From NCBI GenBank assembly GCA_000165345.1, contig CM000432.1:480001-544000 (forward strand): a stretch of 64,000 bases of DNA, written 5' to 3'. The notes beneath the pieces were generated by a model. The model was not told the DNA's origin. It ran no database searches and saw nothing but the letters and a program-made list of their open reading frames with translations. A program made the position numbers and the translations under genes. Shown one piece after another: positions 30,763 to 41,346 of the stretch. The first letter of the stretch is position 1, and every line of letters starts with the position of its first letter.

Positions 30763-32244
30763 ATGTCGCCTGATAGCATTAAGACTGAAAATACAGAGAA
30801 TGTTGGCGATCAAGAGCAAATTAATAATCTTATTATATCTGACTGGGGAATGGAACCAAAAAGATACAACTATCAAGTGAATGTGACTGATCCTGAAAAT
30901 AAATCCATAGGATTAGGAAAGTATACGGTATATTTAGTTTCTGGGGTTACTCCAGATGGTCACAATTTTTCTACTAGAAAGAGGTATAGTGATTTTGAAT
31001 GGTTAAGATCTACCTTAGTAATTCAGTTTCCAGGTGTATTTATTCCTCCAATACCAAAAAAGAAAAAAGTTGGTAGATTTGAAAAAGATTTTATTGAATT
31101 TAGAAGACGCTATTTGGAGGAGTTTTTAAGAAGAGTATTTAATAGGGGATACCTTATTTCCTCTAATTTGGTTAGAACATGGCTAAATAGAAGTGATAGC
31201 GGTATGGAAACTTTGAAAAAAGAGGAAGCAAACCGTCCTCTCTTCGATATTGTTACTCAATACTTTAGCAGTTTTGACAACGTTTTATCTACAGATAATC
31301 CTAATAGCAGACCGGGAAAACCTTCTAACCGTTTTTCAGTTCCAACAGTAGATATTAGCCCTATCTCTGAATTTTCAAATCGTTTAGAGAATCACTTTAT
31401 TCAACTTGAACAACTAAGCGAGCACTTGAATACAATTACATCCTCATATAATCGTGCACATATCTCTTTCAAAGAAATCCCATCACTGTTTCACAATATT
31501 TCGCTGAATAACACAAATAATGAATCAAGACTTGATCTATCTTCTATTTTCCAAAATTTGTACAATATTAATTCTAATTCTTCTCAGAGGCATTTTGACA
31601 TGCTTTATAGTATAATTGCAAGAGAGATGAATGACACCGAGTGTATGCTCGAAGCAGTTCAAACTTTAGAGAAAATGCAATGCTTATTAAATACGAATAA
31701 CTCAGCTATGCAATACTCTGATGAAGTAAATTCAGGAGACTTGAGATCTAATTCATTTGCAAATTCAAATATTAGCAATAGCTCAATAACGAGTGTAGTT
31801 AGTTCAGCTGCCAAGGGACTTGTAAGCGGTTTTTCTTTATTTTCTTCGAAGACTCGTGAAGGATCATTTACTTCAGACGCAAATCTTTCTAAACTAGATA
31901 GATATAGGGAAGACCAGTCCGCACTAAAAACGCTTCTTTCAGCCGGAAGGGTGGTATTGATTGTACACGAAATGCCTCACTTCTTTTCAGAAAAAATAAA
32001 TATATTCAATGAGACTATCCAAGAATTTATTATAAGACAGTCTCAGTCTTCAAATATTGAGAATGAGTTTTGGAGTAGGGTTCTAAATAAGCTTAAATCT
32101 CTTAATCAATATAACGATAATTTACAGGGTCAAAACACCTATCATGATGAATTTTATACTAATGATAGTAGAAACTATGTGAATAACCAATATAATAAAG
32201 GAAATAATACTAATGAGTGGGGTTATGAAGGCTATGACTATTGA
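30763..32244 (+). CDS. PX-domain protein (sorting-nexin-like)
   Basis: YTVYLVSGVTPDGHNFSTRKRYSDFEWLRSTLVIQFPGVFIPPIPKKK...FIEFRRRYLEEFLRRV is the PX phosphoinositide-binding signature (RYSDF...PP.P). Confidence 0.7.
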   Translation: MSPDSIKTENTENVGDQEQINNLIISDWGMEPKRYNYQVNVTDPENKSIGLGKYTVYLVSGVTPDGHNFSTRKRYSDFEWLRSTLVIQFPGVFIPPIPKKKKVGRFEKDFIEFRRRYLEEFLRRVFNRGYLISSNLVRTWLNRSDSGMETLKKEEANRPLFDIVTQYFSSFDNVLSTDNPNSRPGKPSNRFSVPTVDISPISEFSNRLENHFIQLEQLSEHLNTITSSYNRAHISFKEIPSLFHNISLNNTNNESRLDLSSIFQNLYNINSNSSQRHFDMLYSIIAREMNDTECMLEAVQTLEKMQCLLNTNNSAMQYSDEVNSGDLRSNSFANSNISNSSITSVVSSAAKGLVSGFSLFSSKTREGSFTSDANLSKLDRYREDQSALKTLLSAGRVVLIVHEMPHFFSEKINIFNETIQEFIIRQSQSSNIENEFWSRVLNKLKSLNQYNDNLQGQNTYHDEFYTNDSRNYVNNQYNKGNNTNEWGYEGYDY

Positions 32245-32336
32245 CCGAGTTGATCGTTGGAAGTAGTGCAATTTATCTTAGAAATAGTTAAAGGGAATCT
32301 ACAGATAACTATATAAATTAGCTAAAATATACTGAA

Positions 32337-33422
32337 TTAGTCTTCATCAGAAAAAACAATTTCATCTTCATCAAAATTCATTTGTGATTCGATTTGCTTT
32401 CTCTTCTCCTCCTGTTGCATCATCTCTTCAAGTACGATTTCCCTCAAGTTATTAACTTCATCCTGGGTAATTTCTATATCAAGGGCATTATCTACCAAAT
32501 GCAAGAAAAAACTCCCTGCCCTCTCCTCTTCTTTACCTAAGAAATCTTTGTGCTCCAATAAGTCATGGTAAACTTTCTCATCTAATCGTAAAATGGCAAG
32601 GACTTGTGAAGCGTCTTTCGCATTTAAAATATCTTCTCTGCACACATCAACAATAGAAAGACCAAATTGAAATAGAAATAAATTGCCCTTTTCAAACAAT
32701 ATTTCGAAGAATTTGCATAATGAAGGAAAAGGTAGTACATGTACATTTAATCCAACAAACCACTTTGAACAAAATGCTTCTGCGCATGCCGACTCCTCAA
32801 TTTTCTTCGCTGCATCAGGGTATCTTTTCATTAATAGTTTTTCGAAAACCTTAGCATCTCTAACATAATTAAATGGAGCTGTCTTAAAATATCCAGGTAA
32901 ATAATATCTATTTAAAGACAATGCTAAACGAACAGTATCTTCCGGTGTTAATTGCAATAAAAAGAATGCAACCACAAACCCTAAACCTTGGTGATAATCC
33001 TTGATCTCTTGATATATTGTGCTCAAAACAGTTATCATCTTAATTCTATTTTCCTCGTCTGAGAAGGTTCTTTCTGCATCTAATTTAAAAATTCGATCAA
33101 TTTCTGGATTATCCGTATGGTCAACAAGATTAATTTCTATATTTTGATCTAACTGAATCAGACTGTCATTATTGCAGTTAATCTCGTTTCCACTTTCATT
33201 GAGCTGCTTAATGTCATTATTTGGATTAAGAGCAATATCTAGCCAACTTTCAGCTCTATTTATATGTGGAACCATTTCTTTTAATTTACTGGAAAACATA
33301 CCAGCATTTCGCTTCAATAATGGGGCTTTCGCCTCCTTGTTCCAAAAATCAATAGATCCAATCATTAAATTTTCAGTAAAGAAAAATATAAAAATAAAAA
33401 AATTATCAAAAGATAATTCCAA
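32337..33422 (-). CDS. TBC-domain Rab GTPase-activating protein (second one in the window)
   Basis: Arginine finger IDRIFKLDAERTF and glutamine finger YHQGLGFVVAFFLL. The start may be an internal Met (MIGSIDFW). Confidence 0.7.
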   Translation of the reverse strand: MELSFDNFFIFIFFFTENLMIGSIDFWNKEAKAPLLKRNAGMFSSKLKEMVPHINRAESWLDIALNPNNDIKQLNESGNEINCNNDSLIQLDQNIEINLVDHTDNPEIDRIFKLDAERTFSDEENRIKMITVLSTIYQEIKDYHQGLGFVVAFFLLQLTPEDTVRLALSLNRYYLPGYFKTAPFNYVRDAKVFEKLLMKRYPDAAKKIEESACAEAFCSKWFVGLNVHVLPFPSLCKFFEILFEKGNLFLFQFGLSIVDVCREDILNAKDASQVLAILRLDEKVYHDLLEHKDFLGKEEERAGSFFLHLVDNALDIEITQDEVNNLREIVLEEMMQQEEKRKQIESQMNFDEDEIVFSDED

Positions 33423-33644
33423 AAAAATTTTGAATGGCGCCTATGTTAACAAAAAAATCATGGCAAGTGCAGAATAATAGCTCAATTATTAAATACCATG
33501 GCTCACTACTATGCCTGAATCAAATGATCTGTCTGCTAATTTAGTTTAACTACTCTATTTTATTCTATGAACCCCACCAAATTTTCGATACTTAAATTCA
33601 AATACACATGCACCCTGCACATGTTAGCGCCAACAGAATGTTGA

Positions 33645-34844
33645 GTGCTTGTATTGACCTATTTTTTGTATAAAAAGATGGATAATAATAAAACAGAAAA
33701 AAAAGAAGGAGTTAAATTGGGAGAGCTAAATAAGGTAGGTGACTCACCTATTGGCGATAATATTAAAGTGATACAGCAATCAATATCTACTATTGCAAAT
33801 TCTAATGTTAACACAGCAGACATTAGTACAAGCAAACTCACACCAGCGCAAATAAGAACATTCCAAGAAAATCCAAAAGCTCCTCTTCCAAACAACTCTC
33901 CGGTTGAAGAAAGATGGCCTCATCTAGATGTAGTTACAGATATTGGAACCACAATTACTGATTTGAAAAGCGGTTTACTTGATTATTATGGAACTCTGTT
34001 CATCCCTTCAGAGCAAGACTTATCATCAAAAATTGACTCTCTAAGAACTCAAGACACAATCCATGGGAATTATGAATCAAATAGGAGATTTATAAATAAT
34101 AGTGAGATAAAGGTTACTAAAGATAATAATGGATTTGACGTTTTTCATAAAAGAAAAAATGCTCCGCTTCTTGATGATATCCCAGATCCTTGGTCTCCTG
34201 TTCCAAATTCTATATTTTTATATAGAGATGCAAATGGTAACCCTATTTCAGAAAAACTTAAGATGGAAAATTCAGAGATGGTCGACTTTCACGGGCTTAC
34301 AGAAATACCTGGTAAAGGTAGTATTAGAGCAGCAACTAGTAAGTCTAATAAATCCAATAAGGGCGTTGGCTCAAAAAGTGAAAAATCAAACAAAGTTGCT
34401 TTTGATCAAATTAGCATAGAGGAGAATGGACCTGAGAATCTTCTTGGGTTTGATTTGAAGGATTTAGCGGCGAGAGGTGCTTTAAGCACAAGAGCTAGGG
34501 TACCATACAATGATATTGGAGAAATGATGGAGTGTATTTCTAGAAACTGTAAAGATGTTCAGAACAAGCTTTTATTTTTTGAAGATACTTTATCATCATA
34601 TCAAAGTAACCCAAATATGGCTCAGTTCATTCCACCTGTTAATGAGTCGAGACGTTTTTTAAAGAATTTTCATTCAAAAGATCCAATTGCCACGTATATT
34701 TACACGTTATATAGAGACTTGTATAATAAATCAGAAATTAATTCAAGACGTATAGAAGTTATTAAAGCAAAATTAAAGGTTTTACAGTCGCATTCTAAAC
34801 CTAAAATGGTTCGAATTGCTGCTCACTCATCACTCGGCATATGA
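33645..34844 (+). CDS. Hypothetical protein (start probably at 33678, MDNNK)
   Basis: 399-aa ORF, no recognisable family. Hydrophilic, S/N/K-rich. Confidence 0.35.
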   Translation: MLVLTYFLYKKMDNNKTEKKEGVKLGELNKVGDSPIGDNIKVIQQSISTIANSNVNTADISTSKLTPAQIRTFQENPKAPLPNNSPVEERWPHLDVVTDIGTTITDLKSGLLDYYGTLFIPSEQDLSSKIDSLRTQDTIHGNYESNRRFINNSEIKVTKDNNGFDVFHKRKNAPLLDDIPDPWSPVPNSIFLYRDANGNPISEKLKMENSEMVDFHGLTEIPGKGSIRAATSKSNKSNKGVGSKSEKSNKVAFDQISIEENGPENLLGFDLKDLAARGALSTRARVPYNDIGEMMECISRNCKDVQNKLLFFEDTLSSYQSNPNMAQFIPPVNESRRFLKNFHSKDPIATYIYTLYRDLYNKSEINSRRIEVIKAKLKVLQSHSKPKMVRIAAHSSLGI

Positions 34845-34925
34845 GTTTTGAAATTGAGAAATTTGGTCATAATTAACTAAATTAATTTACTAATTGTTAA
34901 AACATATGCATACAGCATATGAATA

Positions 34926-37109
34926 CTAGTGGTATTTAGAAATTGTCTCCAATCTAAACTCTTCTCTTTGTTTAAATATTGAATCTTTTTCTTTATTCAA
35001 CTTTATAATTATATTAGATATGTTTTCGTCGTTGATATGGAGTTTAACCAGTTTTACTCCTCTATCCACCGTTGAATCGCCCAACTTAATATATTCTGGC
35101 CATTTATTAGACAGTCTAATTATAGAGTCTTGCACCTCTCCAATTTCCGGAGAATTCCTTGCACATGTTGTCAACCTCTTTGCTAACAAAGGAAGCTGAG
35201 TTGCAGGAATTAACTTTTTTGTTCTAAGAAAAACAAATGATAATTGCTGTACTGTCCAAATTTCATTTTTCACTTGATCAAGTTTTTTATTAAAGTCCTC
35301 ATCCTCGACATTTATCATGGCGCTTATCTCCTTTATCTTTTCTCTTCTTTTTACACTTTCAAGAAGATTTCTTTGAGAAGGAGTCAACAAGTTTTTATTT
35401 TTCGAAAGTATTGTAACTGGCTTAGAAAATTGTGTGTTAGATAATTGTATTTTCACATTATTTGGAGTAAGTGTGGGCGAAATCGAACGAGAAAGCATAT
35501 ATGATGACCTAATGTTTCTAATAGGCGTAGATACCATATTTGTATTGTTTGAAATGCGAGAGTCAGTAACCAATTTATCCTTTTCTTTGTTTAAGTTAAT
35601 TACATTTGCTTCACATTTTGATTGTTTGCTCCTTAATGGGGTTGTAAACGTTTGATTACTCTCGTCCTTTTTTATATTATCTGCAGATAATGATCTTCTA
35701 TTATTTTTCTCCTTTTCAATATTTTCTTCTAAATTAACTAAGTTACTTACTATCTTTAAATTATATAAGCTCCTTATATTTGGAGTCAAGCTTGAGCTGC
35801 TGATTCTTTTATCACTATTCTGAAAACTATTAATTAAATTACAATTACCCATTTTTTTTCGAGGTAATTTTGCTTTTGGGATTTCAACACAGTTTTCAAT
35901 ATTGAAAAAGGATGACCAACCTTTCAGCTCTAATATATCAGTATTTATTTCCATATTTTTCGTCATTATTTGTCTCAAATGCATTTCTTGTTGAATCATA
36001 GTAAATTCAATAAGTATGAATCTGAAAATATCTACTCTTTCATTTATATTTGAATGGGAAAGTCTTTTTAGTGGATTATTGATTCCATCATTCAAGATTA
36101 TTTCCAGCTCGCACTGGTCATAAAATTCGTTTAAGGTATTTTTTGGTGATTCTAACCTAGAATTATTAATTTTATTTGCTTCACACCATCTGATAGATAT
36201 CAATTGAGGAGATATCCAAACAATTCGAAGCAAGTTATCAAGAGAAAATGTTTTTTTAGTTATATTTTCTACCTGTTCTTTAATAAAAGTAGGATAAAAG
36301 AATGGCTTTTGTCTTCTTTCAAGTAGTCTTAAAACTATTTCCAAGCCTTGAAAGATTTCGATTAAGTATTCATATTTTTCTGATAATTTAATTTTCTTCA
36401 ATCTATCAAAGTTGGCTTTGTTACTTTGTTTAAAAAGATGTTTATAAATTGATAAATTTGTATTTTGGTCTTTAGATAAAACAGCTTCAAGCCTATTTCC
36501 TTGTTCAAATTCACAAACATTAGTGAAACAGGATGCCTTATTAGAAATAAGTTCTACATTGTCATTTTCTCTTGTTGGAGAGTTATTTTGAGACTCGGGG
36601 GCAGTAGGTGGTAATAAACTATCTAGATGAGATATATCATTAAAACTCGTTTTTTCTGTGTCGAAATGCTTAGAAGTCAACGCATCTTTTGAGTTATTCA
36701 GTAAAACAAGCTTTTCTTTAGAATCTGAAAGTGAATTATTATCATTATTGATGATATTACTATGGTTAACTTTAATTTCTTGATTTGTTTTAGTTGTAAA
36801 TTTTGAACTCTTGGAATTTTTAAGTCTAGTCTTGGATTTTTTTTTGGGAGAGGTATCTTCTAGCTCAGCAAGCTTAGAAGTGCCATCATCTGCTATATTA
36901 GTAACTTGAATTTCAAAATTGTTCTTATTAATATTTGATCTAGCCATTGAGCGAGTTTGTACGCCTTGATTTTTTTTTAAATCTTCTTGACTAGATAAAT
37001 CATTTATAAAAACATTTGATTTAATTCCATAGCCGGCATCCAATTTAGTTTGAAGTAATTCATTGTTTTCAGGTAGTATTGATTGTAACCTTTTGCTTCT
37101 TCTGGCCAT
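34926..37109 (-). CDS. Putative Cdt1-like DNA replication licensing factor
   Basis: Central region LSEKYEYLIEIFQGLEIVLRLLERRQKPFFYPTFIKEQVENITKKTFSLDNLLRIVWISP resembles the Cdt1 winged-helix core (LPYKYKVLAEMFRSMDTIV.ML..R.E..TF.K...V). C-terminal ...LPLLAKRL... Basic N-terminus. Weak similarity. Confidence 0.45.
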   Translation of the reverse strand: MARRSKRLQSILPENNELLQTKLDAGYGIKSNVFINDLSSQEDLKKNQGVQTRSMARSNINKNNFEIQVTNIADDGTSKLAELEDTSPKKKSKTRLKNSKSSKFTTKTNQEIKVNHSNIINNDNNSLSDSKEKLVLLNNSKDALTSKHFDTEKTSFNDISHLDSLLPPTAPESQNNSPTRENDNVELISNKASCFTNVCEFEQGNRLEAVLSKDQNTNLSIYKHLFKQSNKANFDRLKKIKLSEKYEYLIEIFQGLEIVLRLLERRQKPFFYPTFIKEQVENITKKTFSLDNLLRIVWISPQLISIRWCEANKINNSRLESPKNTLNEFYDQCELEIILNDGINNPLKRLSHSNINERVDIFRFILIEFTMIQQEMHLRQIMTKNMEINTDILELKGWSSFFNIENCVEIPKAKLPRKKMGNCNLINSFQNSDKRISSSSLTPNIRSLYNLKIVSNLVNLEENIEKEKNNRRSLSADNIKKDESNQTFTTPLRSKQSKCEANVINLNKEKDKLVTDSRISNNTNMVSTPIRNIRSSYMLSRSISPTLTPNNVKIQLSNTQFSKPVTILSKNKNLLTPSQRNLLESVKRREKIKEISAMINVEDEDFNKKLDQVKNEIWTVQQLSFVFLRTKKLIPATQLPLLAKRLTTCARNSPEIGEVQDSIIRLSNKWPEYIKLGDSTVDRGVKLVKLHINDENISNIIIKLNKEKDSIFKQREEFRLETISKYH

Positions 37110-37330
37110 AATACTATGAAATTAATTCAAGTAATTGATTTACACAATAATTAGTCTTGACTTCGAAATTTACCACTATAGATAGATATCCAATTTTATG
37201 TTGCAAATCAAAAAACAAATATAAGTTTTATGTGTGCTATATTTTGTCTGGAAGTTTTTTTCTGAATATTTTATATCTACCTTTTTAATGATTTAACAGA
37301 AATAAGGTGAACTACTGCAAATAGAATAAA

Positions 37331-37340
37331 TGCGCCCGCA
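37331..37340. promoter_or_regulatory. GC-islet TGCGCCCGCA about 220 bp upstream of the Cdt1-like gene (E2F-like candidate)
   Basis: Direct read aataaatgcgcccgcattagc in otherwise more than 75% AT intergenic DNA. Confidence 0.3.
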
Positions 37341-37553
37341 TTAGCAAATCGATTAAACGATAATAAATCAAATTGGTTGAAAAAATAATTATAGCTTTAA
37401 GAAATTATTCATAAAATTTGAGTATAAATTATCTTTGGCTTGAAGAAATTTAATCATATATAGTTAATTGTAAAAAACTACTTTATTTCTAATTAATTTT
37501 TGGCTTAACAGATATTTCGAACCTGTTGGAATGACTACAGATAATGTATTTAA

Positions 37554-38556
37554 TCAATGCATGTCTTCATTTAATGGAAAATTTGAAGAAAACAACTTAC
37601 CATTTTGTTGAGGTCTATTAAAATTTATTTTCTGTTGATTATTATTTAATTCGAGTTCCCCCCAATTTACTGAATACCCATCTTTTTCTATAATTTCACT
37701 TGCTGTTGACCAAGAGAATCGGACAATATTTGGAAATCCAAATACAGGGTCAAAAACACGCCTAAGAAAATCTTTTGTTTTTGGATCGCCTGGATATCCA
37801 CTACCTTGTTCATAGTTACTAATTTTATTACCGTTAAAATCACAGCTCTCAACGGATGCTTGCGTCCACCAATTTGACAAAAAATCGTCTCTTTTAACCT
37901 TTGCCAAAATAGATGCGCCACTTACAGAAGGAAATAGTGCATCAGCTTTTGGCTTTACTGTAATATTAATGCCTGGGAAAATATTCATCAGTTTACTTCT
38001 ATAAGTATCTGGTGGCCCAACTGTATCTATGTAAACTTCTTTAACTTTAACTCCACAGTTAATTATGTACTTTATTAAATCTAAAAATATAAGAATAAAT
38101 AATTAATCAAAGCAAACTTACTAATTGCTGCTGAATGCGATATCTCATTCAAATTGTTTTTTTTTCTACAACAAATTATAATTAAAATGAAATTCTTTTT
38201 GAAAAACTTACTTCCTTTGCATTTCACAGCTTAAATATTCGGGCGACATGATATGAATCCTCCAGCCAAATTTGTCTTTTAAACTTCTTATTTTGTCGTT
38301 AATTTTATCTCTATTTTGAGATGATAATCTTTTGGAATCTTAATGAGCAATTAAAGTTGTTTGAACAAGAATTAAATTTATCTAACAACTTACCATCAAC
38401 GCTGATCATTTTTAATAAATCTTCATTCTCTCTAGGGTAAAATAGGCATGCATATACCATTGGGCCCAATACAGGACCTCTACCAGCTTCATCAATACCC
38501 AATATAACTTCCTTATGCTCAAATCTGTGAATATTCTCCTCAAATATGTGTTCCAT
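37554..38556 (-). CDS. RNASEH2A: Ribonuclease H2 catalytic subunit A (RNASEH2A/RNH201). Four exons: 37554..38080, 38122..38165, 38212..38338 and 38394..38556.
   Basis: [20 protein letters not shown]. Exon 2 [26 protein letters not shown] matches human DSKTLLESERERLF...DFVGW. Exon 3 [14 protein letters not shown]. Exon 4 [62 protein letters not shown]...[14 protein letters not shown]...[12 protein letters not shown] is collinear with human RNASEH2A. Introns 55, 46 and 41 nt, all GTAAGT donors. Upstream of Met 38556 the track ORF extends to 38739 but looks non-coding. Confidence 0.8.
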
Positions 38557-39007
38557 TTTTTTACTTAATATTGAGCCTGAAAAACTTCTAATGATATTAC
38601 TAATGCGGGTAAAGATTAAAAGAAGAATAATAAAAATATTTAAAATGTATAAATAGATGTCAATATGCGCAATAGAGTAAAAGCAACGAGCTCTAAGCAT
38701 TTTCCTATTTGATTGCATATTGTGAATAGCACTGATCATAATTACTATAAAAAAAAATAAGATAAAATATTATTTTTTTCAATATTTACTTTTACGGAGA
38801 AAGAAAATTTGAATAATATGGACTAGAATGACAATATTTATAAAGTAGCAGAGTAATCATTCGATAATAAATCATCTTTTACAATTTTAAATAGTTAAGT
38901 ATTATTTGGAAAATATTGCGCCAAATAATTGTTTATACGATGACTTGAAATAAAAAGAAAGTTTGCAAATAGCATTTTCATTATATTTATAAGACATTAT
39001 AAGTTCT

Positions 39008-41338
39008 ATGATGCAGTTTCCAGAGCTGCTTAAAAGTTATTTATTAAAAAAAAAAAAGTTGGAAGACTTATCCCCAATTTATGTTGAAATACTGAATTGG
39101 TTAGATTCAGATTCAGAAAATTATAGCTTAACAATTAAGAAATTAACTCAGCTATGCAATTACATGTTATCAAATTTCAATTCAAATGGACAGATTAACT
39201 CCCACTTAAACTATCTTTGCTCTGATATTCTCTCAATTATTTATGATAGAAGCTCAAAATATATTTGTTTTCCTTCCAGTTGCTATTGTAATATATGTAA
39301 TCCATTTGAAAACATGAAAGGCTATGAACAAGAATACGAGTTCTGGAAACTACTTCGTGATCTTTCAATGAATATAGCTTTAAAGTGCTCTCCTAAAGAA
39401 GGTTATATAATCTTTATTGAAGTGATCTTAGGTAGTATTAGCTTGCCAATATTCTCAGATAAAGAAGAATTGTCTTCACAGAAAACTCGAGAAGAAAGTC
39501 AGAATATGTATGAAAAAATCAATCCAGTACTATTCTCAAAAGAAAAAAAAATTCTTCCAAGGTTTTATAGATATTTGGGACTTTATTACTCTCTTATATG
39601 TATCTCAAGAATGAAAAGAAACAAAGCACAATTTATTACTAGTGTGTGTTCATTGGTACTACGAAAACTTGTGTATGATATAGAATGTAATTCACTTTAT
39701 GCATGCAATTGCAATCCCAAAATGAACGGAACACACAGATATTGTACAACTCTAAAGATGCTTTTTTTGAAATATTTAGTTGATAATATCATAAAGCTTC
39801 TGTTTGATTGTTTGACAGAAAGTAAGAGTGATGCTGAATATAAAGATCAGGAAATTGGAATTTTCAATTCAGAATTATCTGAAGGAAATATTAATGTTAC
39901 TCAGCATACTATTTATTCATTTTTAATGAAAGTTCTAGAAAATATATTAGTAATCGATTTACACAACGTTGAAATTTTGAACAATTCTGGAATTTACTCC
40001 AAAAATAAAAACTTTAATCAAAACACCGGCTTATTTTCAAGTGTTTTGACAAATAAGCCAACAGAGTCAATTTTGAATGTTATTTCATCTGAAATGTTGG
40101 ATTCGGAACTTCAAAAGAACTTCAGTAATAATAAGAATGAATGGGTGGAAATAATTTATAAATTATGCTACAATATTAGCTATTTATCGCCATATTCAAT
40201 GATTGATACTCTAAACAATATCCCTATTTGTGTATACGATGTTGAGACTCAATCAGGAGATCTAGATGTCACACCATTAACTCTTTCATGCTATGCATAT
40301 GCATTATTCGTGATATTGGAAATAAAATACCCAATTGCAGTAAATTACCTATACCCAAAAAAAATAATTTCACTGACAACAAAATTAAACATAATTTATA
40401 GAGCTACTACAATATTTTTGATCTTTAGTGATGGTAAAAAACTTGGGCATGAAATAAATCGTAGAAGTTTAGGAAATCAAGAAATATTACTTTCATATTT
40501 TAATGCTTTTCAACCAAAAAACATTTCAAAAAGTGTAGAGTTAGTTTACAAATATCATGCCTTAATATTTAATCGACTACAGGAAAAGGCATATTTTCTA
40601 ATAGATAATAACATTAACAACTTTTTAAAGTGTAAGAAAACTGCTCCTAATCTATTTAGCACTATATATGGTTTAAACTGGCATCAAAATATTTTGGTTA
40701 AGCAGGCTATGCTTTCATTTACTAGAAATATATCTGATATAATGCAATTGAACAATTTAAACAAGTTAAGTTCTAAATTGAGAATAAGCATAAGTCTATA
40801 CAAAAACTTATTTGATAAATTTACAAGATCATTAAATGAATGCTACCGCTATTCAGTACTCTTTAATCTTTACTTTGATTTGATGGAATTTCAAAAGGAT
40901 CTATTATTCAAAAATTTAATACACTCTGCTAATGTAATTATTGGAGTTTTGGACGTCATCCGTGGTATATTATGGAAAGATATATGCAACAATGGATGCG
41001 ATATTTCAACATATATTAAGGATATAAATAAAATTATTATATTTTCTTCAACATTTTTTACAAATTTCAAAAAAGTAAATCTTGATTCAAGTCAATCTGA
41101 TAAAATGATGCTAATAGTATTAAATCTAATAAAACTCATATTACTTTCATATAAAAATAACGGAACGAGACTTGTAAAAGACATTGTTAAATACTTAGTT
41201 AAAGAACCAAATACTATCAAAAAATATATATTTCATATTAAATCAGTTATTTCAGAAATGGAAAGCTCTAATTTTAATCAATTTGGTACAGTGCATTTTA
41301 TCATTGAAGATATTGAGGAAATACTTGATTCTTTTTAA
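39008..41338 (+). CDS. Hypothetical large helical protein (776 aa)
   Basis: Long ORF with L/I/N-rich, probably alpha-helical repeat character. No family recognised. Confidence 0.4.
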   Translation: MMQFPELLKSYLLKKKKLEDLSPIYVEILNWLDSDSENYSLTIKKLTQLCNYMLSNFNSNGQINSHLNYLCSDILSIIYDRSSKYICFPSSCYCNICNPFENMKGYEQEYEFWKLLRDLSMNIALKCSPKEGYIIFIEVILGSISLPIFSDKEELSSQKTREESQNMYEKINPVLFSKEKKILPRFYRYLGLYYSLICISRMKRNKAQFITSVCSLVLRKLVYDIECNSLYACNCNPKMNGTHRYCTTLKMLFLKYLVDNIIKLLFDCLTESKSDAEYKDQEIGIFNSELSEGNINVTQHTIYSFLMKVLENILVIDLHNVEILNNSGIYSKNKNFNQNTGLFSSVLTNKPTESILNVISSEMLDSELQKNFSNNKNEWVEIIYKLCYNISYLSPYSMIDTLNNIPICVYDVETQSGDLDVTPLTLSCYAYALFVILEIKYPIAVNYLYPKKIISLTTKLNIIYRATTIFLIFSDGKKLGHEINRRSLGNQEILLSYFNAFQPKNISKSVELVYKYHALIFNRLQEKAYFLIDNNINNFLKCKKTAPNLFSTIYGLNWHQNILVKQAMLSFTRNISDIMQLNNLNKLSSKLRISISLYKNLFDKFTRSLNECYRYSVLFNLYFDLMEFQKDLLFKNLIHSANVIIGVLDVIRGILWKDICNNGCDISTYIKDINKIIIFSSTFFTNFKKVNLDSSQSDKMMLIVLNLIKLILLSYKNNGTRLVKDIVKYLVKEPNTIKKYIFHIKSVISEMESSNFNQFGTVHFIIEDIEEILDSF

Positions 41339-41346
41339 TTAACGTA

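Noticed and set aside
38557-38739. 60-codon 5' extension of the RNase H2A first exon ORF
   Set aside because: The extension ([43 protein letters not shown]...) has no counterpart in RNase H2A and looks like a translated AT-rich UTR. The conserved protein starts near Met 38556.
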